Below are positions 61,624-64,000 of a stretch of 64,000 nucleotides of DNA, piece after piece. This DNA comes from Prorocentrum cordatum (taxonomy: Eukaryota): assembly GCA_963575745.1 (NCBI GenBank), contig CAUYUJ010000292.1, positions 496,001-560,000 on the forward strand, given 5' to 3'. The notes below the pieces were generated by a model, which searched no databases, had not been told where the DNA came from, and saw nothing but the letters and a program-made list of their open reading frames with translations. Positions within the stretch are counted from its first letter, which is position 1; each line of letters opens with the position of its first letter. Made by a program: the position numbers and the translations under genes.

Positions 61624-62709
61624 TGCTTGAGTGTATGCTCCGCGCGGGAAGGGGACTCCAGAAAGGCCCCCAGGGGCCAGGCTGGCCATTGCGGCGATCC
61701 TGAACTGAACTGCTCGGGGCCATCCAGGCCTCGGAAACAAATAGCGACCCCCCCCCCCTCCCATAAACCTCTGCCTCCACCTCCTCCTCCCCATCCTCCT
61801 CGCCCTCCTCCTCATCCTTCTCCTCCTCATGCGGCTCCTCCCCTGCTCGTCCTACTTCTCCTCCTTCTGCCTCGTCGTGGTCAGCGTCCTCATCTTCAGG
61901 GTCGGCGGCGCCGGCCGTAAGGCCTTCGCAAAAGCGAACACTCGTGCCACATTCATCTGTCAACGCCTCCCCCTCCCCCCAGTGTTCCAAGTTGGCGGCG
62001 GCGGGTCCGACAAGCTGCATTTCGACCGCAATCTCCTCCGCGCGTGCCACCTCTGAATTTTGAAGGGAAAGGGGTCTTCGGGAATTGTTTTCCCTCTACC
62101 GTCTTGGCCATGTTGGAGGCCTACCCAGACCCCCGACGTCGTGACTTTTTGACCTTGCGAATTTATAGCCGGGATGCCGTATCCCCAGACAAGGTGTTTA
62201 AACCCACTGCGGTTTCCAAGGTCGATCGCGTGCCCGTCCAGTGCGGGCTGGCATGGCATGCTAGGACATGCTAACATGATGTTTGCACATGAGATGTTTA
62301 TACGAAAACTTGTGTGATGCATGCCTTTTCAGGAAGCTAACGCTAGAGGGTGTCGTACTCTCTCGCACCTGGTCGACGAGTAAGCTGTCGGGTCGGCACT
62401 GTCAGAGGCTACACCACCATGCTTTGAACTCGGAAACAACTGTAAGAGGAAGCGGGGGAGGGCGCGGAAGCGGGGGGGCATGTCTCAAAAGAAAAATCGT
62501 GGCGTCGGATGTTTGGGAAGGGCGGAAGGCAGGGCGCGCATGACGGATGCTGAGGCGGCAGAAACGACGACGGCGGGGACGGGGAGGCGGAGGCAGAGGC
62601 GCAGCAGCGGGAGGCGGGAGGAGGGAGAAGGGAAGAGGAGCCAGGCGGGAAGCGGGAAGAGGGAGGCGGGAGAAGGAATGAGAGAGGTTGTGACTGGAGC
62701 CCCTGTGCT

Positions 62710-64000
62710 ACGAAACGTCTCAGGCAGAACGGGCCAGACCATCTCGCGCGCAACACCTTCGAGCATCGCATTGTGAGGATGGCTCAGGCGAAACGGGCTG
62801 GACCACCTCGCGAGCGACACCGGACAACCTCTCGCACACGTTCTGTCAAGTCCACGTCACACTCGCTTCCCGTTAGGTCCTCTCCTGCAACTCCTTTCCT
62901 TCTCCCTTCTCCTCCTCCTCCTCCTCCCTCTCCTCCTGCCTGCTTCCTCATCCACATCATCCTCCTCCTCCTTCTCCCTTCCATCTCCTCCTCCTTCTCC
63001 TCCTCCTCCTCCTCCTCCTCCTTCACCTCCTCTTCATCTCGAACGGCATCTCGGAACCCAGAGTTGCGAGGATGTCTCCAGCGTAGCGGGCTGGACCACC
63101 TCGCGCGCGGCATCTCGGACCCCAGAGTTGCGATGATATCTCAGGCGAAACGTGCTGCAAGGAAGTCTCAGGCGAAACGGGCCGGACCACCTCGATCGCG
63201 GCGTCTCAGAGCTCCGAGTTGCGGGGGCCTACTGGGGCCTCCTGGGGCCTCCTGAGGACCTCCTGGGGCTTCCTCCTGGGCCTCCTGTGGCCTCCTGGAC
63301 CCCACCTGGGGCTTCCTGAAGCCTCTTGGGGCTCCCAGGGGGGAATATCTAACATGTGGCCGTCTGGGACCCCCAAAACGGGGGGGGCCACAAGAGCAGG
63401 AAAAATCAACGAATCGACACCGGATGTGGATTGACACGTTCTGATAGGGGGCCTCCTGGGGCATCCTGGGAGCCTCCTGGGAATCTCCTGGGGACCCCTG
63501 GGGCCTGTCCTGGGCGTCCTGCGGCCTCCTGAAGCTCTCTGGGGCCTCCTGGGGCTCCAAGGGTCCCAGGGGGGATATGTAACATGTGGTCTTCTGGGCC
63601 CCCAGGCTGGACCACCTCTTGCGCGGCATCTGGGAGCTCAGAGTTGCGAGGATGTCTCAGGCGAAACGGGCTGGACCACGTCGCGCGTGGCATCTCCGAA
63701 TTCAGAGCTGCGAGGATGTCTCAGGCGAAATGGGCTGGACCACCTCTTGCGCGGCATCTCAGAATTCAGAGTTTCGAAGATGTCTGAGGCGAAACGGGCC
63801 AGACCACCTCGCGCGCGGCATCTCAGAGCTCAGAGTTTCGAGGACGTCTCAGACGGAACGGGCTGGACCACCTCTCGCGCGGCATCTCGGAATGCAAAAG
63901 TGCGAGGATGTCTCAAGTGGAACGGGCCGGACCACCTCTTGGGCCGCATGTCGGGGCTCAGAGTTTGGAGGACGTCTCAGGCGAAACGGGCCGGACCACC
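62710..64000. repeat. ~63-nt satellite (GAGTTGCGAGGATGTCTCAGGCGAAACGGGCTGGACCACCTCGCGCGCGGCATCTC...)
   Basis: Tandem at ~63605-64000 (~6 units) and in pieces at ~62710-62825 and ~63040-63225; interrupted by CCT and CCTCCTGGGG repeats; runs off the window end. Confidence 0.88.

Noticed and set aside
63605..64000. CRISPR-like ~63-nt periodicity
   Set aside because: The entire unit is conserved with scattered substitutions; it is a satellite.

Overview
This is GC-rich, repeat-saturated eukaryotic DNA. A dinoflagellate (Prorocentrum-like) source is my inference from the PPR consensus and repeat landscape; it was not checked. Most long ORFs in the track are artefacts of (CCT)n/(GGA)n, poly-C and other simple repeats. 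The only clearly recognisable protein-coding sequence is a set of pentatricopeptide-repeat (PPR) motifs (ISYNAGISACEKGEQWQRALALLSEMxEAKLEPDV). They lie on the minus strand in 8 blocks between 34426 and 56220. Main finding: almost every PPR block is cut at the same nucleotide (A^TC of the Ile codon in D-V-I-S-Y), so several blocks are exact multiples of 105 nt. The intervening DNA has Helitron-like (rolling-circle) ends: 5' TC, and a GC-rich hairpin + GGTCAGCC + CTAG/CTGG at the 3' end. The first ~39 nt of these elements copy the PPR sequence downstream of the cut, with a fixed +2 nt offset. The elements also sit head-to-tail (CTAG|TC). This looks like a site-specific, PPR-targeting, non-autonomous Helitron-like family. 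No RepHel gene is visible here. The rest is a nested mosaic of at least ten short TIR (MITE-like) families, several with readable TA or 5-bp target duplications. It also holds satellites (~102-nt, ~63-nt, CACAGGCCTGTG-type), a probable decayed LINE endonuclease fragment, weak candidate minus-strand micro-exons and a 100-N gap.
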